64,000 bases of DNA from an uncultured Chloroflexia bacterium (GTDB lineage: Bacteria > Chloroflexota > Chloroflexia > Thermomicrobiales > UBA6265): assembly GCA_963741805.1 (NCBI GenBank), contig CAVUJR010000003.1, forward strand, positions 56,876 to 120,875. Direction: 5' to 3'. Positions 47,827 to 58,369 of this stretch are shown here, in pieces (the first letter of the stretch is position 1; each line of letters starts with the position of its first letter). The notes beneath the pieces are model-generated. The model was given only the letters and a program-made list of their open reading frames with translations, made no database searches and was not told where the DNA came from. A program made the position numbers and the translations under genes.

Positions 47827-48384
47827 CTAGTTGGCGTGGTGCTTCGTCAGCTCGTGAACGATGTGGCCCAACTCGGGGCCGATCAGCTTCTCCATGGCGA
47901 GGCGGACCGCGTTGCTCGAGCCGGGCGTCGAGAAGATCACGGTGCCTCCGGCGACGCCCGCCGTGGCCCGACTAAGCATCGCGGCGGGGCCGACCTCGTC
48001 CCAGGACAACATCCGGAACAGCTCGCCGAACCCCGGGAGCTCCTTGTCGAGCAGGCCGGTGATGGCGCCGTACGTGACGTCGCGGCCAGAGATGCCCGTG
48101 CCGCCGTTCGTGATGACGGCCTGGATTGCCGGATCCATGATCCACCGGGTGAGGGCATCGTTGATCTGGTCGACGTCGTCTTTCACGATCCGGTAATCCG
48201 CAACGATGTGGTTGCGGAATGAGAGGTGCTGGCGGATGAGCTGACCACTCTGGTCGTCATCCTCGGTGCGCGTGTCGCTGATCGTCAGGACGGCGCACGT
48301 GATCTCGCGAGGCGCCTCGGCCCGGTGCTCCTCGGTCGAGGCGGAGGCGTGCTGCGGGCCAAATGGGTTGAATGGGGAATCCAC
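47827..48384 (-). CDS. moaB: Molybdenum cofactor biosynthesis protein B (MoaB/MogA family)
   Basis: Motifs AVLTISDTR, ITNGGTGISGRD, GTVIFSTPGS. Confidence 0.8.
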   Translation of the reverse strand: MDSPFNPFGPQHASASTEEHRAEAPREITCAVLTISDTRTEDDDQSGQLIRQHLSFRNHIVADYRIVKDDVDQINDALTRWIMDPAIQAVITNGGTGISGRDVTYGAITGLLDKELPGFGELFRMLSWDEVGPAAMLSRATAGVAGGTVIFSTPGSSNAVRLAMEKLIGPELGHIVHELTKHHAN

Positions 48385-48481
48385 GAGCGGACCTTCCGGC
48401 TACAATGCGGTCCCGCTCCGGGCGCGCCGGCGCGGGAATACCTGGCCCACAATGGTATCCGAATTTCCCGGGCTCGCGCGG

Positions 48482-48862
48482 CTATCCGGCGACGATCGCG
48501 TTGATGTAGTGGTTCGCCGATACGACGCCGCTGGTTGGGTCGATCGTGATCGCGACGAGGTCAACGCGCCAGATGCGGTGCTGATGGTCCGGATGCTCCG
48601 CGACAAACCATTCGCCGGTTGCGAGCAGCTTTCTGGCCTTTGCGCCGGAAATCGCGTCGTCGGCCCTACCCGCACGCTCGCCCCGCCGCGTCTTGACCTC
48701 GACGAAGACAAGCTCATCCCCGTCAAGCATGACCAGGTCGAGCTCGCCGGAGAGGCAGTGCCAGTTGGACGTGACGAACCGGTAGCCGTGGCCCTCCAGC
48801 ACCAGCCGGGCATGTCGCTCGCCAAGCCGGCCGAGCTCGTCCCTGTCAGCGCGTCGCGGCAC
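48482..48862 (-). CDS. YraN-family (UPF0102) endonuclease-like protein
   Basis: G...E..A...L...G......N.....GE.DL......LVFVEVK.R pattern. GTG 48862 overlaps the end of rnhB. Confidence 0.7.
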   Translation of the reverse strand: MPRRADRDELGRLGERHARLVLEGHGYRFVTSNWHCLSGELDLVMLDGDELVFVEVKTRRGERAGRADDAISGAKARKLLATGEWFVAEHPDHQHRIWRVDLVAITIDPTSGVVSANHYINAIVAG

Positions 48863-49535
48863 GTCTGAGCTCCTCGGCGGCGCGAACCGGGGCGAACGAG
48901 CGGCGGTGAAGCGGGCACGGTCCATGGGTCTGGAGGGCCGCGACATGGCTCGCAACCCCGTACCCCTTGTGCCGGGCGAACCCGAACACGGGCCAGGAGG
49001 AATCGTGGTCGATCATGGTGGTGTCCCGGGCGACCTTGGCGATGATCGACGCGGCGGCGACAGAGAGGCTGAGCGCGTCGCCGTCAATGATCCCCAGCTG
49101 GGGGAGGCCGAGGTCGACCGTCATCGCATCGATCAGGAGCAAGTCCGGCTCGTCTGCCAGCGCGAGGACGGCTCGCTCCATCGCGATCCGGTTCGCCGGG
49201 CCGACACCAACATCGTCCAGCTCATCGACCTCGATAGCCGCGATGCCCCATGCCGGGCAACGACGGATGATCTCCTCGGCGAGCGTGGCCCGGCGGGTAG
49301 CGGTGATCGTCTTCGAGTCACGCACGGCAGCCCAGAAGACCGCGTCGTGCGCCAGTTCGTCTGGAGATGGAAGGATGACGGCCGCGGCAACGAGCGGACC
49401 GGCAATCGCGCCACGACCCACCTCATCGACGCCCGCAAGGGTCGCGTATCCGGCATCCCACAAGTGGCGCTCGTATGTGAGCGTCCGAATGTCGTCTGGA
49501 GGTTGGGCTGATCGTTGGCGAGTGCGCGTGGTCAT
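48846..49535 (-). CDS. rnhB: Ribonuclease HII
   Basis: AGVDEVGRGAIAGPLVAAAV...DSK...; KGY.S..H. Confidence 0.9.
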   Translation of the reverse strand: MTTRTRQRSAQPPDDIRTLTYERHLWDAGYATLAGVDEVGRGAIAGPLVAAAVILPSPDELAHDAVFWAAVRDSKTITATRRATLAEEIIRRCPAWGIAAIEVDELDDVGVGPANRIAMERAVLALADEPDLLLIDAMTVDLGLPQLGIIDGDALSLSVAAASIIAKVARDTTMIDHDSSWPVFGFARHKGYGVASHVAALQTHGPCPLHRRSFAPVRAAEELRRAATR

Positions 49536-49617
49536 GGAGGACAGGATAGCCCAAACAGAAACGACCGGGAGCAGATGCGCTCCCGGTCGTTTCTTCGCAT
49601 GTTGCTGGGTTCCGAGA

Positions 49618-50196
49618 CTACTTCTCGGTCTCGTCCGCCTTCGGCGTCCCTTCGACAGCCTCGGCTGGCTGCTCGGCCTGGGCGACGTCCACGGCCTCGG
49701 CAGTGGTGTCGACGACCTCAGCTTCGGCGGCCTGGGCTTCCTCGGCCTCGGCAGCAGCAGCCTCAGCGGCGGCCCGCTCAGCGGCGAGGGCCTCGGCTTC
49801 CGCGGCGGCGGCGCGATCAGCGGCCTTGCGCGCGGCGGCGGTTAGGTCACGGCGGCGCTCGGTGATGCGGGCGGCACGACCGGTCAGGCCACGCAGATAG
49901 TACAGCCTTGCGCGGCGGACCTTCCCGTGGCGAACGACCTCGATATGGTCGATGCGCGGTGAGTGGATCAGGAAGGTGCGCTCCACGCCGACACTGTGGG
50001 CGGCGATGCGGCGAACGGTAAAGTTCTCGTTGATCCCACCACCGCGGCGGCGAATCACGACCCCTTCGAAGACCTGGATGCGCTCGCGGGTGCCCTCAAC
50101 GACCTTCGCGTGAACGCGAACGGTGTCGCCGGCGCTGAACTGCGGCACGTCCTTGAACTGCTCCTGTTCAATGGAGCGGATGAGCTGGGCAACCAT
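49618..50196 (-). CDS. rplS: 50S ribosomal protein L19 with ~75-aa Ala/Glu-rich C-terminal extension
   Basis: Core F..GD.V.V...[18 protein letters not shown]....FTVR......GVER.F..HSP.I..I.V. Confidence 0.9.
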   Translation of the reverse strand: MVAQLIRSIEQEQFKDVPQFSAGDTVRVHAKVVEGTRERIQVFEGVVIRRRGGGINENFTVRRIAAHSVGVERTFLIHSPRIDHIEVVRHGKVRRARLYYLRGLTGRAARITERRRDLTAAARKAADRAAAAEAEALAAERAAAEAAAAEAEEAQAAEAEVVDTTAEAVDVAQAEQPAEAVEGTPKADETEK

Positions 50197-50345
50197 AATG
50201 CTAACGATCCTCGTATTTCATCTCATACCGACCATCGTATGGCCGGGAGTGTCCATCCACACAGGAAAATTGGCGCAGCAACTCGTTCCCGAGTTCCGCG
50301 GGCACCGGACGAGTGTACCACGCTGGAAAGGCGCGTTCCACCGGG

Positions 50346-52214
50346 CTAACGCGCGCCTTCCAGCACCTGGATGACCTCGGCGGCCACCTCGTAGCGCCCG
50401 AACGACGGCATCAGGTAGACGCCCTGGGCGAACGGCCGGAGCTCGTGCAACAGCTCCTGGGCCATGAGGATGCCCTCGCGACGGCCCTCCTTGCCGGCCT
50501 TGCGCATTCGCTCGCGCGCTTCGTCGGTCAGGTTGATGCCGGGAACCTCGTTGTGCAGGAATTCCGCGTGCTTCGAGCTCTGCAGCGGAAGGATGCCGAT
50601 CATGACCGGGACCGGCAGTTCCTCGGCGCCGAAGACATCGAGGAAGTTCTTCCAGACGGCGACCGAGAAGATCGGCTGGGTCATCACGAAGTGCGCTCCA
50701 GCGGCGATCTTCTCCTTCAGGCGACGCGACTCCTCCTCGAGGTCCGGCTTGGTCGGGTCCACCGCGCAGGCGATCGTGAAATTCGCCGTCCGGCCGATGC
50801 TGGAACCGGCGGAATCCTCTCCGCTGTTCATGCGCGAGATGACCCGGATCAGGCCGATCGAGTCCACATCGTAGACAGGCGTGGACTCCGCATAGTCGCC
50901 CAGGCTCGGGGGATCACCGGTCAGCGCCAGGATGTTGCGGACCCCGGCCGCGTGCGCGCCGAGCAGCTCCGATTGCAGACCCATCAACGAGCGGTCGCGC
51001 GTCGTGTAGTGCAGGATCGTCTCGATCCCGACCTCCTGCTGGATGAGGTAGCAGAGCGTCATCGCGCTCATTCGCACGCGCGCCATAGGCGAATCCGCGA
51101 CGTTGATCGCGTCGACGCCGGCTTCCTTGAGCAGACGGGCACCCTCGATCGCCTTCGCCGGGTTGAGACCCTTCGGCGGATCGATCTCGACGCAGGTGAG
51201 GAACCGCTTGCCGAGCGCCTTCTTGACCTCCGTGTCCTCGTCGGCCTCGTTCGAGAACGTCAATGCGGGCCGGGCCGGGCGCGCGGGCTTGTGACCGTTG
51301 GGCGACCCGTTCGGGTGAATCTGGTCGACCACGGCGCGCATCGCGGCGGTGTGGGCCGGGGTGGTGCCGCAGCAGCCACCAACGATCCGTGCGCCAGCCT
51401 CGATCGCATCCTTCGCGAACTGGGCGAAGTACTCCGGGGTGGAGCGGTAGACGAGGCGAGTGCCGACCTTCGTTGGCCAACCGGCGTTCGGGATCGCGGC
51501 GATGAAGGGGCGGTGCTCCTCCAGATCGTCGGCGGCGCGGCGCATCTCCCGCACAACCCGCACCAGTCGATGGGGTCCGACAGAGCAGTTCGCGCCGATG
51601 ATGTCGATGCCGCGCCCGGAAAGATGGCGCACGACATCGTCGGGCGTCTCTTCGGCAAACGTGCGGCCGTCGTCCCCGAACGTCATCATCGCCATGATCG
51701 GCAGGTCGCAGGACTCGCGGACGGCGCGGACAGCCGCGTCCATCTCGCCGAGATAGCCCATCGTCTCAATGATGAAGAAGTCGACACCGGCTTCAAGCAA
51801 CGCCTCGACCTGCTCGCGGAAGGCGATATAGGCCTTCTCCAGGGGCAAGGTGCCGACGGGTTCGAGCAGTCGCCCGGTTGGTCCAATTGAGCCGGCGATA
51901 AGCACCGGGCGTCCGCTGATCTCGCGCTCTTCCCGGGCGATCTTGACGCCCCGGAAGTTGATGTCGCGGACCTTGTCGGCGAGGCCGTGGTGCTCCAGGC
52001 GGTACCGATTGGCGCCGAAGGTGTTCGTCTCGATGAAGTCGGCCCCCGCGGCGATGTTCGCGCGGTGGATCTCGGCAACTTCTTGCGGATGGGTGAGATT
52101 CAGGTCATCCAGACAGGCGTCTGTCGGATGGCCGAAACCGAAGAGCATGGTGCCCATGGCACTGTCGCCAAGCAGGCAGCCGGCCTGCAGGCGGTCCCTC
52201 AGCGGATGGGACAT
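50346..52214 (-). CDS. Bifunctional homocysteine S-methyltransferase / 5,10-methylenetetrahydrofolate reductase
   Basis: N-terminal Hcy-binding domain (DSAMGT..., GSIGPTG, GGCCGTTP) fused to an MTHFR domain (VEIDPPKG..., HYTTRD, ALTGDPP). Confidence 0.85.
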   Translation of the reverse strand: MSHPLRDRLQAGCLLGDSAMGTMLFGFGHPTDACLDDLNLTHPQEVAEIHRANIAAGADFIETNTFGANRYRLEHHGLADKVRDINFRGVKIAREEREISGRPVLIAGSIGPTGRLLEPVGTLPLEKAYIAFREQVEALLEAGVDFFIIETMGYLGEMDAAVRAVRESCDLPIMAMMTFGDDGRTFAEETPDDVVRHLSGRGIDIIGANCSVGPHRLVRVVREMRRAADDLEEHRPFIAAIPNAGWPTKVGTRLVYRSTPEYFAQFAKDAIEAGARIVGGCCGTTPAHTAAMRAVVDQIHPNGSPNGHKPARPARPALTFSNEADEDTEVKKALGKRFLTCVEIDPPKGLNPAKAIEGARLLKEAGVDAINVADSPMARVRMSAMTLCYLIQQEVGIETILHYTTRDRSLMGLQSELLGAHAAGVRNILALTGDPPSLGDYAESTPVYDVDSIGLIRVISRMNSGEDSAGSSIGRTANFTIACAVDPTKPDLEEESRRLKEKIAAGAHFVMTQPIFSVAVWKNFLDVFGAEELPVPVMIGILPLQSSKHAEFLHNEVPGINLTDEARERMRKAGKEGRREGILMAQELLHELRPFAQGVYLMPSFGRYEVAAEVIQVLEGAR

Positions 52215-52391
52215 GGCGGGAGTGCTTCCTTCGCACGGTCGGGGAGGGGCGTCCGTGACGATGCTCCCCGATGATCAGTGTGTCACGCGTCCTCGAAACC
52301 CCGACGCTCGCACTGTGCGGGTGGCGGCCGGCCACCCTGGCGTACCTCGCATGATACCCGTTGCGATGCGCGGATGTCGTATCTTAAGACG

Positions 52392-52420
52392 TTGACGTGG
52401 TTCCGGGGACGCGGTACAGT
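52392..52420 (+). promoter_or_regulatory. Candidate promoter of the cyanophycin operon
   Basis: TTGACG, 17-nt spacer, TACAGT. Confidence 0.4.
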
Positions 52421-52508
52421 CGCCCGGAATCGGCGACGACGCCTTCGCGGCGTGCGGCCGTGCGCAACGTCCGCCCCGCGTCTGCGCAAGACAGGACCCA
52501 AATTACCT

Positions 52509-53355
52509 ATGCCATCCGAGACAACACAGCAGCCACAGCAGCAGGCGGAAGCCCCGTCGGCGACCGCGCGAGGGGTCATCATGCCCATCGGCGGCGCCGA
52601 GGACAAGTTGGATGACAAGGTCATCCTCTCCGAGTTCGTGCGGCTGGCGGGTGGCGACAATGCACGGATCGCGGTCGTCCCGACGGCTTCATCGATCGAG
52701 GCGGCCGGGCTGCGCTACAAGGCGATCTTCCTCGGTATGGGAGTCGAGAGCGCGGAGGTGGTCTACATCGGCAGCAGGGACGACGCCAACGGCGGTGAAA
52801 GCCTTGATCTGGTCGAGAACGCAACCGGCATCTTCCTCACCGGGGGAAACCAGATGCGGCTCTCCGCCATCATCGGCGGCACGCGCTTCGAGCAGCTCGT
52901 ACGCGCACGCAACGCGGCCGGGATGGTCGTCGCGGGGACCAGCGCCGGGGCGTCGATCCTCTCCGCGCATATGGTCGCCCTCGGGGCCAGCGGCGCGACG
53001 CCGAAGCTCCGCATGGCGCAGATGTTCGCCGGCTTCGGCCTGATCAACAACGTGATCATCGACCAGCATTTCCGCCAGCGTGACCGCATCGGCCGGTTGC
53101 TTTCGCTCGTCGCGAGCAACCCGGGCCTGCTTAGGGATCGGGATCGACGAGGATACCGCCGCGGTGATCGAGCCCGATAACACGCTGCGCGTGGTCGGGC
53201 GGCACAGTGTCACGCTCGTTGACGGCTCGCACATGACGTCCGATATTTTTCAGGTGAAGCGGTACGGCGAGATCACGATCAGCGATGCCCGGCTCCATGT
53301 GCTCGGGACAGGACGGCAGTTCGATATGGACGAGCGGAAGCTGCTCCAGGACTAG
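52509..53355 (+). pseudogene. cphB: Cyanophycinase (S51 peptidase), frameshift near 53131-53133
   Basis: ...MPIGGAEDK...GIFLTGGNQ...GTSAGASIL...IDQHF.QR.R.GRLL runs in ORF 52278..53180. After ...SNPGLL the sequence continues GIGIDEDTAAVIEPD... only in ORF 53080..53355. Confidence 0.8.
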
Positions 53356-53495
53356 GCCGTACAATCAACTGACCAGCATGGCAACGAGGCCTCGCCGGAC
53401 ACCGCGCGGGGCTTTCGTGTATATAGAACCCAGAGTCGAGACGACAAAACCGGTCCAGGACCACGCAAAATCGCCGCACCCGGGAGGGAAGGGTC

Positions 53496-56132
53496 GTGTT
53501 GAACATCCGTGAAACCCATGTCTATCGCGGCCCGAACATCTGGGCCCGCATGCCGGCGATCCACTACGTTCTTGACATCGGTGAGCTCGAGGACCGTCCC
53601 TCGAACAAGATCCCAGGCTTCTACGAGCAGCTGACCGAGGCGCTTCCTTCGCTCTACGACCATGGCTGCTCGATCGGCAAGCCGGGTGGCTTCCTGCGGC
53701 GGCTCCGCGAGGGCACGTGGATGGGCCATGTGCTCGAGCACGTCGCGCTGGAGCTGCAGAACCTCGCCGGCGGCGAGGTGAGCCGTGGCAAGACGCGGCA
53801 GATCGAAGAGCGGGGCGTCTACAACGTCATCTTCCAGTACGAGCAGGAAGATGTCGGGCTCGCGGCGGGCCAGCTTGCCCTTCGCATGCTGAACCACATG
53901 ATCTACAACACGGAGCCGGACACCGACTTCGTGCACGAGCACGAAGAGAAGGTGATCAAGCTCGCCGAGCGCTTCGCGTACGGCCCATCGACCGGCGCAA
54001 TCGTGCAGGAGGCCCAGCGGCGCGGCATCCCGGTCCTGCGGCTGGACCCGCGACGTTCCCTCGTGCAGCTCGGGCACGGCAAGTTCCAGCAGCGTATCTG
54101 GGCGACTGTGACGTCCGAAACAAGTGACATCGCAGTCAACATCGCCAGCAACAAGGAGCTGACGAATCGGCTGATGCACGAGATCGGCATCCCGGTGCCG
54201 CGTTCGATCGTCGTCTCGTCCGAGGACGAGGCCGTCGCCGTGGCAGGTCGGCTCCGCTACCCGGTGGTCATCAAGCCGCTGGACGGCAACCATGGGCGGG
54301 GGGTCTTCATCAACCTCGCGGACGAAGCGGAGGTGCGCGAGTTCTTCCCTTCGGCGCGCGCCGAGTCGCGTGACGGCCGGATCATCGTCGAGTCGTATAT
54401 CCACGGGAGGGACTACCGCGTCCTGGTGGTTCACAACCAGGTGATTGCGGTGGCCGAGCGTGTGCCGGCTCATGTCACCGGTGACGGGGTGCACACCGTC
54501 CAGGAGCTGATTGACATCACCAATCAGGATCCCCGGCGTGGCGTCGGGCACGAGAAGATCCTGACCCGTATTACGGTCGACAGCCAGACGATGGAGGTCC
54601 TGGAGCGAGACAGCCGGACGCTGGAGACGGTTCCAGCCGAGGGCGAGTTCGTCCAGCTCAAGCTGACCGGGAATATGAGCACCGGCGGCACCTCGATCGA
54701 CCGCACGGACGATATCCACGCGGACAACATCGAGATCGCCCGCCAGGCGGCGATGGTCGTCGGGCTGGACATCGCCGGCATCGACTTCATCACCGAGGAC
54801 ATCTCCATCTCCGCCCGTGACACCGATGGCGGTATCGTCGAGGTCAACGCCGGCCCCGGCTTCCGCATGCATACCAACCCGACGGAGGGGCACCCCCGCC
54901 ACGTCGGCCGGGCCGTCGTCGACATGATGTACGAGCGGAACGCGCCAAGCCGCGTGCCGATCGTCGCCGTGACCGGTACAAACGGAAAAACGACGACCTC
55001 GCGCATGATCGCGCACATCATGAAGACCGCCGGCAAGACAGTCGGCCTTACGACGACAGACGGCATCTATATCGACGGCACGCAGATGATGGCGGGCGAT
55101 ATGAGTGGCCCAACCAGCGCGCGGATGGTGCTGAAGAACCCGACGATCGACTACGCGGTGCTGGAAACGGCGCGCGGCGGCATCCTTCGCTCGGGACTCG
55201 GCTACGACCGCTGCAACGTCGCCGTCGTCACCAACGTCACCGGCGACCACCTCGGGCTCAAGGGCGTCGAGACGATGGCGGCGCTGGCCCGCGTGAAGTC
55301 CGTTGTGCCGGCGAGCGCGCTGCGCGACGGTGCGTCAGTGCTGAACGCCGACAACGAGTGGACTGTGCGCATGCAGAACGTCGCGCGCGGGGAGATCATC
55401 TTCTTCAGCATGGATGAGGAGAACCCGGTAATCCGGGACCATATCCGCGAGAAGGGGCGGGCGGTGCTCCTGAAGAAAACCAGGCAGGGCGAGATGATTA
55501 CCATCTACGAGAGCCGCCGTGAGACCTCCCTCCTCCTGGCGAGCCAGATCCCCGCGACCATGGACGGACGGATTCGCGTCAACATCGAGAACGCAATGGC
55601 CGCCGCGGCCGCCGCGCTCGCCGACGACGTCAATCTCGATTCCATCCGCCTTGGCTTGCGCACGTTTGGCAATTCGTTCTCGCAGGCGCCCGGGCGGTTC
55701 AATCTGCTCGATCTCGGTACGAAGCGCGTGCTCATGGACTATTGCCACAACGTCGCGGGCCTCCAGGCGGTCGCCGACTTCGTCAGTCGCATGGATGCTG
55801 ACCGCACGATCGGCGTCGTCAGCATGCCGGGCGACCGCTCGAATACCGACATGGAGGAGTTCGGGGCCTTGGCCGGAAAGACCTTTGACCAGTTGATCCT
55901 CCGCGAGGATAACAACACGCGTGGCCGGCCATCCGGCGAGATCGCGCGTCGGTTGAAGGAGGCGGCGATGAGCGCCGGGAAGGATGAGTCGGCGATCGAC
56001 ACTGTTCTCGATGAGAAGGAAGCCGTCCGGGCGGCGCTTGCGCGGTCCGAAAAGGGCGACCTGCTGGTGTTGCTCGTGGACAAGCCGATGGAAATCTGGG
56101 AAATGCTGACGGCGGGCGACATCACGCCGTAG
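53496..56132 (+). CDS. cphA: Cyanophycin synthetase (N, ATP-grasp G and Mur-ligase-like M domains)
   Basis: 878 aa; start ML.IRE..VYRGPNIW. ATP-grasp region (VVIKPLDGNHGRGV...). M domain GTNGKTTTSRMI... GTG start after GGGAGGGAAGGG. Confidence 0.9.
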   Translation: MLNIRETHVYRGPNIWARMPAIHYVLDIGELEDRPSNKIPGFYEQLTEALPSLYDHGCSIGKPGGFLRRLREGTWMGHVLEHVALELQNLAGGEVSRGKTRQIEERGVYNVIFQYEQEDVGLAAGQLALRMLNHMIYNTEPDTDFVHEHEEKVIKLAERFAYGPSTGAIVQEAQRRGIPVLRLDPRRSLVQLGHGKFQQRIWATVTSETSDIAVNIASNKELTNRLMHEIGIPVPRSIVVSSEDEAVAVAGRLRYPVVIKPLDGNHGRGVFINLADEAEVREFFPSARAESRDGRIIVESYIHGRDYRVLVVHNQVIAVAERVPAHVTGDGVHTVQELIDITNQDPRRGVGHEKILTRITVDSQTMEVLERDSRTLETVPAEGEFVQLKLTGNMSTGGTSIDRTDDIHADNIEIARQAAMVVGLDIAGIDFITEDISISARDTDGGIVEVNAGPGFRMHTNPTEGHPRHVGRAVVDMMYERNAPSRVPIVAVTGTNGKTTTSRMIAHIMKTAGKTVGLTTTDGIYIDGTQMMAGDMSGPTSARMVLKNPTIDYAVLETARGGILRSGLGYDRCNVAVVTNVTGDHLGLKGVETMAALARVKSVVPASALRDGASVLNADNEWTVRMQNVARGEIIFFSMDEENPVIRDHIREKGRAVLLKKTRQGEMITIYESRRETSLLLASQIPATMDGRIRVNIENAMAAAAAALADDVNLDSIRLGLRTFGNSFSQAPGRFNLLDLGTKRVLMDYCHNVAGLQAVADFVSRMDADRTIGVVSMPGDRSNTDMEEFGALAGKTFDQLILREDNNTRGRPSGEIARRLKEAAMSAGKDESAIDTVLDEKEAVRAALARSEKGDLLVLLVDKPMEIWEMLTAGDITP

Positions 56133-56199
56133 CCGGGCAGCATCGAAATGACGTAATCGAAGGCGCCCGTCATCGCTCGGCCGGCGCCTTCCTGTTGGA

Positions 56200-56757
56200 A
56201 TGAGGATGGAGGACACGATGGACCATGTCGCGCTGGGCGGCGCGTTGAGCCGCGAACAGTTGCGAGGGCTGATCGAGTCCCCGGAACGCCCGCTGGTGAC
56301 GGGCGCGCCGAATGTCGAAATGCAACTGCAGCCGAACGGCATCGACCTCACACTACGCGAGGTGGCGCGGCATGAGGGTGGAGGCGTCATCGGTGTGGAC
56401 AATGCCGATCGCGTGCTGCCCGAGCTGGAGCAGATCCCATTCGACGATGACGGATGGCTCGAGCTTCGTCCCGGCGTCTATCACATCATGTACAACGAGG
56501 TGGTGGACATCCCCGAGACGTTGATGGCCTTCGGGCGACCACGCTCGAGCCTCAACCGTTGCGGCGTGACGATCCATACCGCCGTCTGGGATGCCGGGTA
56601 TACTGGCCGCTCGACGTCGATGCTGGTGGTCCATAATCCGCAGGGGTTCCGCGTCCAGCGCGATGCGAGGGTCATGCAGCTGGTGTTCTTCGGGATGTCA
56701 GAAGCGGCCGCGGAAGGATACCGCGGCCGCTATCAGGGCGAGAATATTGAGGGTTAG
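56200..56757 (+). CDS. dCTP deaminase / dUTPase-family protein
   Basis: ...QPNGIDLTL...G.Y.........P......GRSSL.R.G........DAGY.G......N... pattern of the trimeric dUTPase superfamily. Confidence 0.6.
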   Translation: MRMEDTMDHVALGGALSREQLRGLIESPERPLVTGAPNVEMQLQPNGIDLTLREVARHEGGGVIGVDNADRVLPELEQIPFDDDGWLELRPGVYHIMYNEVVDIPETLMAFGRPRSSLNRCGVTIHTAVWDAGYTGRSTSMLVVHNPQGFRVQRDARVMQLVFFGMSEAAAEGYRGRYQGENIEG

Positions 56758-56765
56758 GGACGCAA

Positions 56766-57041
56766 CTAGCGCAGGTCCTTCCGGCGTGAGAAGATCGGCC
56801 GCTCGGGCGGAGCGCCAGGCACCGGGATCTGCGTGCGGCGATGTTCGCGCATCGCCGTCTCGTTACAGCCCTCGACCGGGCAGAAGTAGATCAGCGTGTA
56901 TTCCTCTTCGGTCTGGTCGCTGAAGCGCGACGGCCGGCCCAGCTTGCCACGAAGGCGCATATCGACGTGGTGGTCGGGGCAGTCCGGAATCTCGGGCTCG
57001 TTGACGTTGCGACCGAGAAGGGTGTCCAAAAACGACGGCAT
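56766..57041 (-). CDS. Small zinc-ribbon-like hypothetical protein
   Basis: 91 aa with DCPDHH...CPVEGC metal-binding-like pairs. Confidence 0.4.
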   Translation of the reverse strand: MPSFLDTLLGRNVNEPEIPDCPDHHVDMRLRGKLGRPSRFSDQTEEEYTLIYFCPVEGCNETAMREHRRTQIPVPGAPPERPIFSRRKDLR

Positions 57042-57157
57042 CAGGTGCGCTCCAGGTACGTTGAAAGTCAGTAACCAACGTTCCTAGTATACGGGAAGAG
57101 CGCGTGAGGGCAGGGTGCGGCTCTTGCGTGGTGCCGGTCGAGGCGAAAGGGAGTGGA

Positions 57158-57607
57158 ATGAAGAAACAAGCGCTACCGTCGGAGGTCTTTAGCGAGATCG
57201 AAGCGGTGATCATGGAGCGGTTCGCCGACAACTGGACCGCGGACAAGACACGGATGAACAACTTCCTGTCGGCCATGAACGGGATCATCCAGTCGTCGGA
57301 CGGGGTGCACCTGATCGGCAAACCCGAGACCGGCGATATGGGCACGACGTTCAACCTGTGGGTGGAGTACCCGGTCGAGGACATGTGGGACGCCGACGAC
57401 CTGGCGTACTCAATCTTTGGGCAGCTCGCCGAGGACATCTTCCTTGCATCGCGCGAGATCGTCGAGGGTGGCGTGCGCTATCGGTTCCTGACGGGGTCGA
57501 TGGAGAACGGGTACCGGGGCAGCATTAACCTGACTGGGCCCCACGCCAAGGAATTCGTGAACATGTACCGGCTACGGGTGACGGAGGGACGACACTATCA
57601 TGCATAA
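57158..57607 (+). CDS. Hypothetical protein
   Basis: ATG 57158 after AAAGGGAG. 149 aa. 8-nt overlap with the downstream ferredoxin gene. Confidence 0.45.
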   Translation: MKKQALPSEVFSEIEAVIMERFADNWTADKTRMNNFLSAMNGIIQSSDGVHLIGKPETGDMGTTFNLWVEYPVEDMWDADDLAYSIFGQLAEDIFLASREIVEGGVRYRFLTGSMENGYRGSINLTGPHAKEFVNMYRLRVTEGRHYHA

Positions 57608-57977
57608 CGGGGATGGGATCGAGGTCGACGTCGCGGGATTCGGCTGCGTCAGCGTAAAGGAGGGTCGCCGGCTCGTCCTCGGGCTCGAGGATGGCGGCGT
57701 GGACATCCTGCACCGGTGTGGCGGCAATGCACGCTGCGCAACTTGCCGTGTGGAGGTCCTGGAGGGCGAGCCGACACCGGTGACGCCATGGGAGGAGGAA
57801 CGCCTCGCCCGTCTCAAGAGCCGTAAGGAGACGACGCGGCTCTCCTGCCAGATTCGAGTGCTCGAGCCGCTGACGGTGGAGGTCGTGAACCATCTGTCCG
57901 AGCACCCGGAAATGGACGACCCCGGGCCGCGGCCGATCGAGTGGCCGGCGGACCGCCCGCTGGAGCCGGAACCGTAG
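57600..57977 (+). CDS. Plant-type [2Fe-2S] ferredoxin domain protein
   Basis: HRCGGNARCATCRV...LSCQ cysteine pattern. Confidence 0.7.
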   Translation: MHNGDGIEVDVAGFGCVSVKEGRRLVLGLEDGGVDILHRCGGNARCATCRVEVLEGEPTPVTPWEEERLARLKSRKETTRLSCQIRVLEPLTVEVVNHLSEHPEMDDPGPRPIEWPADRPLEPEP

Positions 57978-58014
57978 GCAGCGCACTGGGAGCGCAGGGC
58001 CGGACAGGGTATAC

Positions 58015-58290
<276 letters not shown>

Positions 58291-58311
58291 CTTTGCACTG
58301 AACGCAAATGC

Positions 58312-58348
58312 AAAACCGGCGGGCGCCAAGCCCGCCGGTTTTGTGTTG
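58312..58348. terminator. Bidirectional rho-independent terminator
   Basis: AAAACCGGCGGGC-gccaa-GCCCGCCGGTTTT followed by GTGTTGT. Confidence 0.8.
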
Positions 58349-58369
58349 TCGACCTCCCTGTGAGGGAAT

